This document shows positions 1 through 13,510 of a stretch of DNA of 64,000 nucleotides, in pieces. Numbering within the stretch: position 1 is the first letter of the stretch; each line of letters opens with the position of its first letter. The DNA comes from Eutreptiella sp. 'Long Island Sound 2002' (taxonomy: Eukaryota > Protista > Euglenida), in NCBI GenBank assembly GCA_964036045.1, contig OZ038378.1:164486001-164550000 (forward strand), written 5' to 3'. The position numbers and the translations under genes were made by a program. Below the pieces are notes generated by a model, which was not told the origin of the DNA, ran no database searches, and worked only from the letters and a program-made list of their open reading frames with translations.

Positions 1-3000
1 GAAGTCATACGCGAGGTGCTACTTGACCTGCGTTGGAAAGCGGGCAACGCCTCGTTTCACGAGTAATTCGAGGCGGTGCTCCGAAAAGTACCAACACCGG
101 ACTGTGCCCACAACCACCAGCTATCACTACCGCTGTGCAGTGGCCCTCACCCATGGCGGCTGCAGCCTACCCCGTGTCTCGAGGCCATTGGCCCGAAGTG
201 ACCGACTCGTCGTCTTCATCAGGTATTCACTTGTACCACATCGTGGCCCCCAATCCAAGCCAAGACGTGTGTGGCCAAGGGGTGACGGGAAAAACAACAA
301 GCACAATAGTCACTCCTCCGGCACTAGCTGGCGCGGGTGAACCCGATCAGGGATCCAACGACCCCCACGACATGACGATCAGCAACACGGAGAGCCTCAA
401 ACATTCCACGAAAACACCTGCAGAGCCGCCCTTAGCCACGGCGCACCTACCAGGCACTCATGACGGACCACCGGAGTAGATCCCGTCCCGATCCCCGAGC
501 CCGGATCGTGCATCCTCGCAAACGATGCCGACCACCCTCGACCACTCAAACACTCCAGATTTCCACAACCCTTGAACCTGCCCTGCTGCCCTCGCAGAAG
601 GACCAGAGCACGTTAGACCGGATGCCGAAGATGCAATGCACAACACCATGGCAACGGCGATACACCAAAAGGAAGGCCACTGCCCTCCCCAAAACGAAGG
701 CAACTGCCACACATAGCATGTCCCAGGAGAGTGTGGCGGTCACCCACCAAATCCCCAGCTACATCACCGAGCACTATCACTACCTCCCGCCCAATGAACT
801 AGTCCGCTTGAGAGGTTAGCATGACGAGCAGCACATCATATGCATGGAGCCGACCGGCCTGACCCCCCTCTTTGGTTGGTACACGCAGTGAAGGGTGATG
901 GCGTGGGCCACATGTTGTGTACCGTCGACTCGTACTATAGTGGGGGAACGCCTGGTGCTAGGCATTGTCGTCGGGGGCTCGAATCCTAGTGCCTTGGGAT
1001 TATGGTCCATGGAGATTTTAGTTCCGTCTAGGATCTTCTGCTCCCATCCCGGGGGCAGGTAGTTTTTGTGCCCTTTCACTTTCGAAACCCTCCTGGGTGT
1101 TGGCTTTCTAATTGATTGGCTTTTGATCTTTTGTCTTGGTTTGGCATGTTCGGCGCTTCGCTTGGGCACTATCCAACAGAAATCAACTGTGCTCTTACCC
1201 TTCCTCAAATTCCCGTGAATGTCGGTTTGTTCATATGGTCTTCTCCTCACCAACTACACTTCTTGCGAGCAATGCCATGCACTGATTCGAACTCAATTTG
1301 TGCAGAGCTGGATCCAGTGAGCGGGGGTACCCGGTTAGCCAATTATCCGTCTCTATGCCAGCATATGCATGGAGCCAAGGAGACGAGTCGTACTCCGCAA
1401 AGATGCCAACCAGGACAGCGGTGATTACATGCAGCCGGCCGCCCAAGAATTTCTTTGCAAGCTTGCTGTCATCACCCCACCCCCCGGCAACATAGTACAA
1501 CCGGTTAGCTTGCTCCTTAGACACATGATATTAGCACCATCTGATTCAGAAGAGCAGCCCAATGCAGAGGGGCAGGACATGGTAACATTGTACGCGTCCC
1601 TTCGCAATGATGTGGTACTCGAAGACAAGTCTTGGGCGACCGTAACCATTCACAAGGGGTACCAACTCACTTCGTGCCGTTGTACCCAGTCTCCCGTTGC
1701 AATGTCAACGGGATGGACTGGAGATCATCTTGCCTGCAACGCTGTTAGATCACCCCGGCCATGAGAACGCACCTGGGGCATTGCGAGGCCATCTTGGCGC
1801 GGATACGCCACTGCTCGTCCTTGGGGGCGGCGATGGCGGGCGGGGGGGGGGGGGTGTGGGAACCTTGGTTTTCCCTTGATTGGCACCCTCAAATAGGGAT
1901 GTCCCAGGTTTTGGGCCGTATCTCATTAGCGGGCCCGATGTCCCAAAGATGGCTCGCAGGGGCGGGGGGGGGGGGGGTGGACGGACAGTGGGAGGGGCAA
2001 CCCAACAACACAAAACACATGAGCCACACCAGGAGGGATGAGGGAGAGGACAGCAGGCAAGGAGGACGGTGGCGGCAAGACATCAAGGACAGCGAGAGTA
2101 GGGAACCACAAAGTAGAGGATGGGAGAGCATGTGCATGGGGGGCAGCAACAACAAAGGGGATGGCCTGGTCAGCCAGTCCCGTCGCGACCGGGTGCCAAC
2201 CCCTGCTCAACCGGCATCAGCTGAAGGGTGTCTCCCGCAGCCGAGACGGGCTGTTTGCGCAAAAGGAGCGGGAGCCCACCAGGGGCAGACCTACGGTGAG
2301 GGGAAAAGGGACATATGGAGGACGGTTGGGACAACGCGTGGAGGAGCAGGGCACCTGGCTGTGCTGGATGTGGCATGGCGTGCCGTTTGCGCGTCAGTGG
2401 TCCCCAGTAGCTGGCGTATTGAGGCCGTGCTGGTTATTGCCGGGGTCGTTTGACTGCTTTTGCTGCCCATATGCCTCTGTCCACAGGCGGTCCATAACCT
2501 GCCTCCCTACGTCTCCGTGTGCTTGAGGCCCTCAGCACACCAACCACTGGGCTCCGCGAACGCGGAAACGACATAAGAGCACTGGCCGTAGCGGCCGACA
2601 GAAAGCACCAGCCCGACGCAACACGCAACACGCGAAGGGAAGAGCGCGTGACTGTCCAGGGCCCGTAAAGAAACAACCACCAGACGGAATGTCACACAGG
2701 GGGCTGCGAACCCTGGTTTTCCCTTGATTGGCACCTTCAAATAGGGATGTCCCAAGTTTTGGGCCGAACCTCATCAGCGGGCCCGATTTCCCAAAGGTGG
2801 CTCCCAGGGGCCCACGGGGAGGGGGGGCACACTTTTCCTTAACAACTCAACATCTCCAGGGGGCGGGGGACAGGGAAGGGTCTGACACCCCCCACCCTCC
2901 CCCCCCTCCGTCCTCCCCCTCTCCCTCCCCTCGCACCCCCCTAGCCCTGCCCCCCTCCCGCCCGGCCCCATCAAGGCCAGCAAAGAGGTCGGTCGGTGGT

Positions 3001-5129
3001 TTTGGCCACCGAGTTTGTTGGAGGAGATGGCAGACATCGCGACCATAGCGCAAGTTACTCGCTGCACCGGGCCCCAGATTTTCGTTCGCAACAGAAAAGC
3101 CCGTCTCTTAAGTAGCCCCTTCATGGTTCATTTGCTCTGTTTCAACCCTTGGTCCCAACGAGCCCATGCTTCTACGCCCAGACACCCTCTTGTTCTTCAT
3201 TGGACGTCGGCTTCGGGCACCATTTGTATGTGAGGCCAGCCATTGCCACAGGGGCTGACAGGCATCATTGCTTTGAATAGCTCTCCTCCTCATACGTACC
3301 GTTTCGCCTGCCCCTGGCGTGAACGTGTTTCACATGCCCGGCATCACATTGCCCTGTGCAGTCCACTTTGACTCGCACCAAAGGCAGGAAAACTCTCCCG
3401 GGGTCGTTTCGGTGCCCAAGCGTCGTCCCTGTAGGAAAAGAATAGGAATCGGGGCACTCTCTCGTCTTGTCTCACCCAGCCCAACCGCATCTCCCCAGGC
3501 CTGCGCTTGAAGGGGTGGAGGCCGCGGTCAGAAAGGCAGCACCAGCCGCCACCCTAGCGAACCAGCTATTGGGCACCGCTCACACGCAAGCAGCACAATG
3601 TGCACTGGCCCAACAGCCGAGCAGGCAACAAGGAACCAACTCATTGTGCGACAGGAAATGCGGGTGACTGTCCAGGGCCCCGTAAGGGACGACGTCAGAA
3701 GGTGCAAAGCCGAGCAAGTAGCAACGACGCGAAGCATTTTGCGAAGGGAAGAACGGGTGACTGTCCAGCCCCCCCCCCCCCCCGTAAGGAAACCACCAAA
3801 GGACGGAATGTCTAAAGGAGGACCCTGGTCCCAATCTGGAATGACGGTCAGCGCCGCCTCCAACAGTCCTCCAAACGGTTTGTATTCGCCAGAGATAGCC
3901 TCCCAACCGCTTCTCGAACCGCCAGTGGCTGCCGTCGCAACCGCCAGTAACCCCTATTGCAACCGCCAGTAACGGCTTTTCCAACCGCAAATAACCGTTT
4001 TTTCCAACCGCCAGTAACCACTTTCCAACCACTCTTGAAACCTCCCTCAAGCGCAACCCCTTCCCCTTGCGCCCCAAACAGAGACATGCAGTGGGCGAGG
4101 GTGGGGCCCTGCCTCAAATCCTGGCCGATGGACATATGCTCCTGGAGCATTCGAATGCATTACAATGAACATTGGGCAGTGAAGACCGTGGTGCAGCAGG
4201 CGGTTGGAGCCAACTACGGCGACCAAAGCCGACCATTGTTCGCTCTCCTGAAGGAGCATGGACAGAGATACACGCCTGTACCCCAGAGGTCCAGACCAAT
4301 GGCACATGAGAAACAAGCACAGCATTGGTGTTGTGAGGGAGTGAGGGAGTGGGTGTCAGAGTGACAGAGAAGCGGAGGTTGGTGTGCCATAAAAGCAAGT
4401 AAGTATGCCGGTTGGTATTTCTGGGTATACACGCAGGCTTGTGGTTTTTTGCAGCAAGTCGTCCACATTGCCCAAGCCACTGGAGAAAAGTTGTTTTGGC
4501 AAGTGAGAATGGGACAGCACACCATGGCCCGAGCATATTGCATAGATCCCTACAAGACAAGCAATAAAACTTTCCAAAAAGTAAAAAGAAACAAGTTGTC
4601 ACTTTTCAATCTTTTAAATTTGGTTGCTTGACTTTGGGACAAATTCAGAAAATTCAGAACATCACTCCATTTGGTTAATTTACGTCAACGTATGACTTTT
4701 ATGCGCGCGTGTTTTTTGGCGAATTTCAGCGACAATCGCGAGGATGAGGTGTTCATGGGTCTCAACCAGCCGAGTGACAAAACTTTCTAAAACCCACAAA
4801 AAAACAAGTTTTAACTTTTCAATTTGTTTACTTTGGATAAGCCGGTGCAAATGGGATCGGGGATGGCTCTCTGTGTTAGGGGCTGAGATTTGGCTTACCC
4901 CTCCTGGCCCCCTTTTCTGCACCAGCTTCACAACAGCTCCACTACAGAAAAGGGGCTTATTGTACTCCGACATTAGGAGCATGATGACTATGCGCCACAT
5001 CCAGGCTACATGCCTGTTTTCTTATCAGCATTAGGGCCCATGGGTCTTGGTGTATGAAAGATCGGAAGTAGTAGTTGGTTCGTTGCTGGCTTGATGCCCA
5101 ACCACAACTACCCCCCCCCCCCTCCTTGT

Positions 5130-5467
5130 CTTAGCTGCGGTCTGGTCTAAGCTACAGCTGGTGTAGGGACCGTATTAATACGGGACCTAATTTGATTCGG
5201 TACCAAACGTAGTGCAGCCACAAAAGCATGGGTTTGGTGACAAATTTGCCAGTTACATAGAGTCATGGACACATTTGTTGTGAGTGTTTGCCCACTTGAA
5301 CCCACACAGCTCTGATTTTGGGGATATTTTGTGCATTATATTCCCCTTTCTTGCACTCACGTGTGTGTCCGTAGTTGTATGTGGTACGCGCAAGCTACGG
5401 CCTTGTCTAAGCTACAGTAGGCGTAGGGACCGTATTAATTTGGGACTTTTCCGTAGCTTAGACAAGG
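5130..5467. repeat. Dispersed repeat family (also 7620-7830), ending in a 67-bp inverted-repeat unit
   Basis: Shared AAGCTAC...GGGACCGTATTAAT...GTGCATTATAT; inverted repeat 5401-5417 / 5451-5467 (16/17). Confidence 0.8.
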
Positions 5468-7832
5468 GGGGGGGTAAGAACATGAGCGTGATTTGTGGAC
5501 TCTAGCAATGTGCAGAACCTGACAATTGGGAGAGTTTTGATTTCCGTGAGGGAGGGTGCATGTTTCCCGTGCTCCATAGGTGGGGGCCTGTATGGGGGGA
5601 GACGGCGCCTGAACTCTGCTCCGCTCTCTCCCTCCGCCCCTCACCCTCTGTACACAGGCCTACGGACAATGATAGGAGACGTACCCGAAATTGCCATTCT
5701 TTAGGCTATTTAGTGGCACTTGATAATTTTCTAAAATTCGACTTTTTCTGAAACCCTTCTGTCGCCCCTGGGATGGGTTTGGGTGGTCATTTGGTGACAC
5801 TATGGGTACGCACCCATAGAGACCCACGTAGTGGCTGCTTGGTCCATGTAGCCCAGGCTCCCTCTGCAGCCCAGTCTCTCGTCTCTCTTTGAGGTGCCTT
5901 GCCGAAGGCAATAGAATTTACAGATCTGCAGGTTTGGAAGTTCGCGCCTAGCTTTAGAAGCCCAAAGTGGGTTCGCCTATTCTGCCAAGAGCCACGGACC
6001 TCAGCAGTTGTGTGTGAACGTGCCAAAAGACACCGTTGTGACATGGCTTTTTGTCCATCAACTAGATCCAGTCTCAGACATGTGGACGAATGCTTTTTTT
6101 GTCTTGCTGTTGTCGGGGACCATTGTGTACGCCCATCCGCCTGGCCTGACTTGTCAGGTATGGCCTGCACAGGGCACAGGGCACCGATACAGTGCAGCGC
6201 AGCCCCTGGGGCAGGCAGAGGGTGTCCGAACTACTGTCACCATGGGCGGCTGCGGCTCTGCCTCGGGGGGTGGGTACGGCAACACCCTGGTGAACCTCAG
6301 AGACAGAAAAGCTGCTCCAGCACAACCACCCCCCCCCCCTAGTGGGTCCTAACATCCCGACCCCCCCCCCCTCCCGGGTCCTGACCGAACCATTGCTCTC
6401 TCTCTCACGGGTCCTGAGGCCCACCTTACAGCCACTGACGCTTGGGACGGTTCCAGGCCTCCCCCCCTTTAAAGGGGCAGGGAGGGACCAGGCATCGTTT
6501 ACAAGGAAGTAACATGTGGGGGGGGGGGGGAGGGTCTGGGTGGGTGCCCCAACACAACCAGCAGGACAAGCGGCAACTGAGGCCCCATCCCCGGCTACAT
6601 CTACAACTGCAACCCCCAGCAGACCCCACTCCAAGCCCACGACCAGCGCATCAGCAACACCGTCTGCCCGTACCGCTTCCAGAAGTGAAGTTCCATCCCT
6701 TTCGAAAACTACAACGCCCAAAACACCGAAGAGCACGCGGCTGCCGCTGGGAGAGCGCACGCAATTTTGCGCAAGGCGGCGTGGCTGGTGGTGAAGCACC
6801 TGGCGGCTGGCCGCCTTCTTTGTGGGGAGCCGATGGGGCACTGCCGGTTCCTGCTCTCGACAGGAGACCGGCTCTGCGCAGGGCTATCCGCGTGGCCGTT
6901 CTTTGTGGCTCGTCCTGAGATGGTCGTGCAGCTGCCCCGGTTGGCAGTCCGCTGCCAAGAGGCATGGGTGCGGCGCCTGCAGGCACCAGCGAGGACGCGG
7001 CCGGTGGGGACCAACCGCTGACTCATGGACTATTTCCCGCTGCCGCCGGAGGGAGGGCAGCCGCTCTTGCCCGATGGCGACCCCCGCGGGCCCAGGCGCC
7101 CAGCATCCCGCTGGCGGCGGCGCAGTGGCCCCGCCTCCCGGGTGAAGGAAGGGGCACGGTGGGGGGGAGCTGCCTGGTGCATGGTTCGTCCTTGTGCCCG
7201 CGGTGCATGCAGCTCCGCTATGGCATTGGGAGGTGCTGCCGCCATGCAGAACAGGCAGGCAGAGCAAGGGAGCCCCCGACCCCCCCCCCCCGCCCCGGTT
7301 CGACGATCTCTCCCAAGGCACGGGCGACACACCAAACAAGAGGCACCAGCGCCCGCGGGCCCAGTGTTCCTTAACACAGGCTGGGGGGTGACCTTCTCTC
7401 CGGCGGGCGCGCCAGGGGGGCCCCCGCCCGCGCAACGACGACCGCTACCGCAGCGGCAACACGGCAGGGCGAGCATGGAAGAGACGTACTCCCAACCAGC
7501 CCGTCCCTCTTGGCCGCCGTGCAGGACAGGCGAGGGGCATGACCGGGAGGCAGGGTGCCAGAACTTGCATCGGCCCACCTTCCCGCCCCCCAACCTCTGT
7601 ACCCCCCCCCCCCCTGCATAAGCTACGCCCTTGTCCAAGCTACAGTAGGCGCAGGGACCGTATTAATTTGGGACCTAATTTTAATGAGGTACCAAACATA
7701 GTGCAGCCACATAAGACATGGGTTTGGTGACGACTTTGCGAGTCACATAGGGTCATGGACACATTTGTGGTGAGTGTTTGCCCACTTCAACCCACGTAGC
7801 TCTGCTTTTGGGTATATTTGTGCATTATATAT

Positions 7833-9639
7833 CTTTGTGTTGTGAACCGGTGTCCTTGGCCGTTTGCAGAAGGATCCGCCTTGGCATCGGCGCCGATCTT
7901 GGTGCGGTGTGTGTGGCACATCATTCAGTCTCAATGTGGCAGTTTCAGAGCTCCTTACTGCGAATGGGGGCGTGGCCCTGAACACGGCATACTTTTTCAC
8001 TGAATGAGCTACCTACCCATGATGACTGTCCCCATGATGGTCATTGCAGGTCAAGGTCCGTCAACGCCCCTGTGCGACCCCTGGATTTGCGTTGCTTTCC
8101 AGCGTTGCCTGATGTACAGTAATCTGCATCTTGGGTCACTCAGCCGTCTGTTTCTCTCTGCTTGCGTCCGCTGTTGCAGGTCTTTACTTGCATCAGTAGT
8201 ACGCACGTTGTCCACTGGCAGGTGAGCTGGAAAGTGGGATCCATTTGCTCCCTGGCATTGCAGGTTGAGCGCCATTCTATCTGTTCCATCTGTTCTGAAG
8301 ATACTGGAGCGGTGCTGCGTTGGTCTGGGCCCACATGTACTGATGTGCCCTGAAAGATACCCCATCGTGGAACATTGCTGCTCTGCTGCTGTACAGACGT
8401 TTGTTGTTGTTGGCCATGGGTCCCAGCAAATCTGCACATTGTGTCAAAGGCCACATTACCATTTTATGCTGCACACGGCAAGCAATTGCGCCGCAAAATG
8501 AGTACTGATTGCTGCCGTGCAACGCTGTGCCCCCCCCCACTATATAGTACCACAGCTGGACCGCATTTGTGGTACTGGGCAGCCCCTTTGGGGAGTGGGC
8601 AGCAGACGCGGCTCCCCCGCAATATGGCAGCGTCCTAGTCATGCCACCAGATGTGCAGTACTGTCCTCATACCATGCGTGTGGTGCAGTGCGCCGTGTGA
8701 TGCATGTTGCAAACAGAGTGGTGTGCCCGCACTTCCTGAGGTTGGGCTCGGTTGGCTTGTGCATGTGTTTGTAGTGTTGGTGCTGCAACAATCCTTCTTG
8801 GAGGAGGAAGTGGGCCTCCTCTCACGACACCAAGCGCTCCCTGTCCCAGACCGGCAGCCGCCCCCCGCCCCTCCCCCTCCTGTGCGGCTTGCTGCTCGAA
8901 TCCAGCCCGAATTGGAAATACCTTTGTGTTGTGAACCGGTGTCCTTGGCCGTTTGCAGAAGGATCCGCCTTGGCATCGGCGCCGATCTTGGTGCGGTGTG
9001 TGTGGCACATCATTCAGTCTGAATGTGGCAGTTTCAGAGCTCCTTACTGCGAATGGGGGCGTGGCCCTGAACACGGCATCCTTTTTCACTGAATGAGCTA
9101 CCTACCCATGATGACTGTCCCCATGATGGTCATTGCAGGTCAAGGTCCGTCAACGCCCCTGTGCGACCCCTGGATTTGCGTTGCTTTCCAGCGTTGCCTG
9201 ATGTACAGTAATCTGCATCTTGGGTCACTCAGCCGTCTGTTTCTCTCTGCTTGCGTCCGCTGTTGCAGGTCTTTACTTGCATCAGTAGTACGCACGTTGT
9301 CCACTGGCAGGTGAGCTGGAAAGTGGGATCCATTTGCTCCCTGGCATTTCAGGTTGAGCGCCATTCTATCTGTTCCATCTGTTCTGAAGATACTGGAGCG
9401 GTGCTGCGTTGGTCTGGGCCCACATGTACTGATGTGCCCTGAAAGATACCCCATCGTGGAACATTGCTGCTCTGCTGCTGTACAGACGTTTGTTGTTGTT
9501 GGCCATGGGTCCCAGCAAATCTGCACATTGTGTCAAAGGCCACATTACCATTTTATGCTGCACACGGCAAGCAATTGCGCCGCAAAATGAGTACTGATTG
9601 CTGCCGTGCAACGCTGTGCCCCCCCCCACTATATAGTAC
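7833..9639. repeat. Near-identical 718-bp direct duplication (7833-8550 and 8922-9639)
   Basis: Constant 1089-nt offset; the ORF track translations are duplicated almost exactly. Confidence 0.95.
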
Positions 9640-12044
9640 TACGCCTTGAAGTCAGCAACATGACAGAATTCTGCTTCACTTGCTGCCCGAGACGATGGCG
9701 AGCCCCCAGTCTTCAAGTCGGAAGAGTCGTTCGTAGCATGCGCATGATTGGATGCCACGTGCAACAGCCGTGCTGGCTGCTTCCCTTTGCTACGTACGGG
9801 TTGTACATAATGGTCTGGTTCCCGGCCTTGACCAGGGACACCTATTTCGTTGAAGGTAATGCCATCGTCCCTCGTTGTACTAGCTGACTTCGAGCCCCCA
9901 GTCTTCAAGTCGAATGAGTCGGCGGTAGCCCGCACGTGACCACGTTTCACGTATGAAAGGGATGCTCTTGGTTTTCCCTGGCTATGTACCTGATCGTAAT
10001 GGCCCTGTTCCCGCTGTTCATCAAATGCACCTTCATGTCCCATGGCCTTGTCATGGACTTCGGCCATCCCGGCGCGCTCGGGTGCTTCAAATTGAGTTTT
10101 GCAACCCTAGAGCGTTGCACTCGCTTTTGATTGAACCGAGTACGGGACACGTAAACCCCAATAGGCACATGTGGAGCAAGCAACGAAGATCTTCAAAGAT
10201 ACGAACAAGTCCAACACTCCGAGTTGAAACTCAATTAGTGTTGAAGCATCCTAAATGAAAATGAATAAGCAAACATTTAATATACCAATTTATCAAATGC
10301 ACATGTACAAACAAACACAATGTTCAATGTCATTTCTCACTTTAAACCTTTTGACCTTCTTGACCGTGGTTTGTTACTGTTTAATCTTTCTTTGTTGGAG
10401 GAAAAGAAGAGAGGAAACAATACTCTTGGTTTGTTAATCACCCAACCTTGTTCGACTCTTGTTGGACCCTTTGAACGAAGTGTGGAAAAGGATAAGGAGA
10501 CAAGGCACAAATTGACACCAATTGCACAAATGAAACATGTGAGCATTTGGGGGATGGGGTTGGCTTTCAGAAATTCAGATTTAATAATGTGACATCGTCA
10601 GAGTAATTCACCATTGAAAGGAAACAAACGAAATCAGAAATTCTAAAGTTGATTAGCGATCGAAGATCGCTCATGAAATCCGAAATTGAACAGTGATCGA
10701 AGATCGCGCATGAGACTCACAAGTGTGCACATGTGCAATTTCAGTGCTAAGCTTGAGGCTATTGCACACAGCAAAACTGTATTTTCCACTTCGGGTCACT
10801 GATCATTGTTGAACGATAGGTAGAGTTTAGAAATTCAAAGTTGAAGGGATTGAAGCATTTGCCTCCCGTGTTCACCCTGCTAGGTCACCCTGCTAGAAAA
10901 AACACAAGGGGTTGTGGCATGTTTGAGTTGCAGACATGATCACGCATTTCATTGGGAGGTCAATCATTCACAAAAAAAAATGCATATTAGGTGGTGTACT
11001 GGTTTTTATCTCCCTGCTGAAGTGTTCAACACCACGCCGTATTTGTAGGCGATGATCTGTGCACCTTCAAAACCGTTGAAGGATTGGAGTTTGGATTTCG
11101 GAGAATGTACAACAGTTGTGGCAAACAATGACCATGTAAAGATTCATTGTTTGCAAAAGTAATTGGTTGCCGACACAAAGTGTTGTTTAGCACAAACAAG
11201 TATTAATTTCCAGCCGCATGCCCATTAGGTGCACCCACTATCCGCCAAGACAGCAAGGTGCAATCTGTCAAGGTATAGCTTCGCCAAAACAGATTTACAA
11301 ACCGGATTTGTGAAGAAGTGATTGACCTATGTTGCAAATTGAGTTGGTGTGCCAGCATTTCATGTACCATAGGCACCACCATAGACGAATCAGGAATAGG
11401 TTCTTTGAAAAACTCGAGGACTGAATCATCCGAAACGTTTGCCTGTTTGTGTTTCTCTTTGCTTTAGACTGCAATGTCCAAGTTGAATTAATCCACATTT
11501 GTATCCCTGTGTAAGAATGGACCACAATCCGCCAATCTAAGAGACCCAAGTTTTCTTGGTAGAACACCCGACGCGATGCACAGATTCAACCACCTAGCCC
11601 AACTAGGCAGCTTGAGATTAATGTGTAGCCAGGCTAGAATACGTATTGCTTCTCCTCCCGATTTGGACAAGGGTAAAAAAAGAAAATCAAACATGCCGCA
11701 GGTGTGCCCCGAATTCGGGTGGTCTTTGCTTCAAACGGGCCATCTTATGTATTTTCACTTTCTGAGGTGTCAGATCGGGAAGAACGGAGGATTGCCCACA
11801 CAGGCTTTGTTCCCGGGGGTTTCTTCTCCTTAGCAGCATTTTGTAATGGAATAAAAGCGCGTACGCCCGGCGCGCTACTTTTGTAATCAGTATGCCGGCT
11901 TTAACCCGAGATTTACGCCCCCCAAGAGAAGCTCCCCAAGTTGACCACAGTGGACCACAAACCTTCCCTGTGAAGCACGTTGAAAAAGTCGAAATAGCTA
12001 AATTCAGGAAAAAATTTTATCCATCATGTATTGGCTATAAACAA

Positions 12045-13510
12045 CTTGTTCAATTCCCCCCCGCAGGGGGCTGGCTTCTGTGGGGGTCGGGGTGTTGGGG
12101 GCCCCTGACCCCGCGCCAGAAGCAGTGACCAACTACTACGTTACGCGACCCCCCCCCCCTGGAAGACAGCCCTTCTCAAAACCCTGCAATGCAGCCCCTT
12201 AAAATGATCGCAGTCGAATTCTAAGAACGCGACTTTTCTTCTTTTTGGCCGATGATGTTCGTTTTGGTGAATTAGGACGGTTTTAAGTAGTTTTTGGGGC
12301 AGTCTCCGGAAATTGGGGCTGAATTCCGTATTGGCTCTTGCTTGCGAAGTTGGAGCATGTTGTAGCCCCTTAAAATGACCGGCTCGGGCCAAAACGTCGG
12401 AAAAGCAACCCCATTGGCCAAATCTGGTGCCGTTTGGATGATTTACCGTCAATTTTGAGCATTTTTTGGCAGTTTTTTGCCATATTTTTCGCCATATTTG
12501 GCATGTATACTTGCTGCCCATCTGGCAAGCCTTTTCCGCGGACGGGGCAACCATATTATGCAAGAGGCAGAAGGCAGCACCCGCTAGGCTCCGTTTTTGT
12601 GGGGCTTGGCCCACAAAAGCGGAGCCTAGCGGCCGGCGCTGGCGCCGTTGCTCCCGTGTTTTCATGGTTTTCTCCTTCTCCGCCTTTGAATGGTCTTTTT
12701 GCCTTTGTGCTCCTTGTCCTCCCCGTTCTCATTTGAGAACCCGTGCGACCCCACCTCGTGCAACTTTCCCCCGCTTGTTCAAATCCCCCCCGCAGGGGGC
12801 TGGCTTCTGTGGGGGTCGGGGTGTTGGGGGCCCCTGACCCCGCGCCAGAAGCAGTGACCAACTACTACGTTACGCGACCCCCCCCCCCTGGAAGACAGCC
12901 CTTCTCAAAACCCCGCAATGCAGCCCCTTAAAATGATCGCAATGGAATTCTAAGAACGCGACTTTTCTTCTCTTTGGCCGATGATGGTCGTTTTGGTGAA
13001 TTAGGACTGTTTTAAGCAGTTTTTCGGGCAGTCTCCGAAAATTTGGGGCTGAATTCCGTATTGGCTCTTGCTTGCGAAGTTACATCATGTTGTAGCCCCT
13101 CAAAATGACCGGCTCGTGCCAAAACGTCGGAAAAGCAACCTAATTGGCCAAGTCAGGTACCTTTTTGATTATTTACGGTCAATTTTACGCGTTTTTGGGC
13201 AGTTTTTTGCCATTTTTTTCGCCATATTTGGCATGTATACTTGCTGCCCATCTGGCAAACCTTTTCTGCTAACGGGGCAACCATATTGTGCAAGAGGCAA
13301 GAGGCAGCACCCGCTAGGCTACGTTTTTGTGGGGCTTGGCCCACAAAAACGGAGCCTAGCGGCCGGCGCTGGCGCCGTTGCTCCCGTGTTTTCATGGTTT
13401 TCTCCTTCTCCGCCTTTGAATGGTCTTTTTGCCTTTGTGCTCCTGGTCCTCCCCGTTCTCATCTGAGCATCCGTGCGACCCCACCTCGTGCATCTTTCCC
13501 CCGCTTGTTC
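12045..13510. repeat. Tandem duplication of a ~730-bp unit (two diverged copies)
   Basis: Units start at ~12045 and ~12775, with a third start at ~13504; each contains a 21-bp-stem hairpin. Confidence 0.9.

Noticed and set aside
1-1760. Degraded retroelement or tyrosine recombinase ORF
   Set aside because: Strand-skewed composition is suggestive, but no frame gives a convincing catalytic motif set.
6660-7020. Restriction-like endonuclease tail of an R2/CRE-type element (IPFEN...)
   Set aside because: A single short motif next to a stop codon, with no upstream CCHC/PD motif or RT.
7833-9639. LTR pair or TRIM
   Set aside because: No shared TG...CA ends, PBS, polypurine tract or TSD identified.
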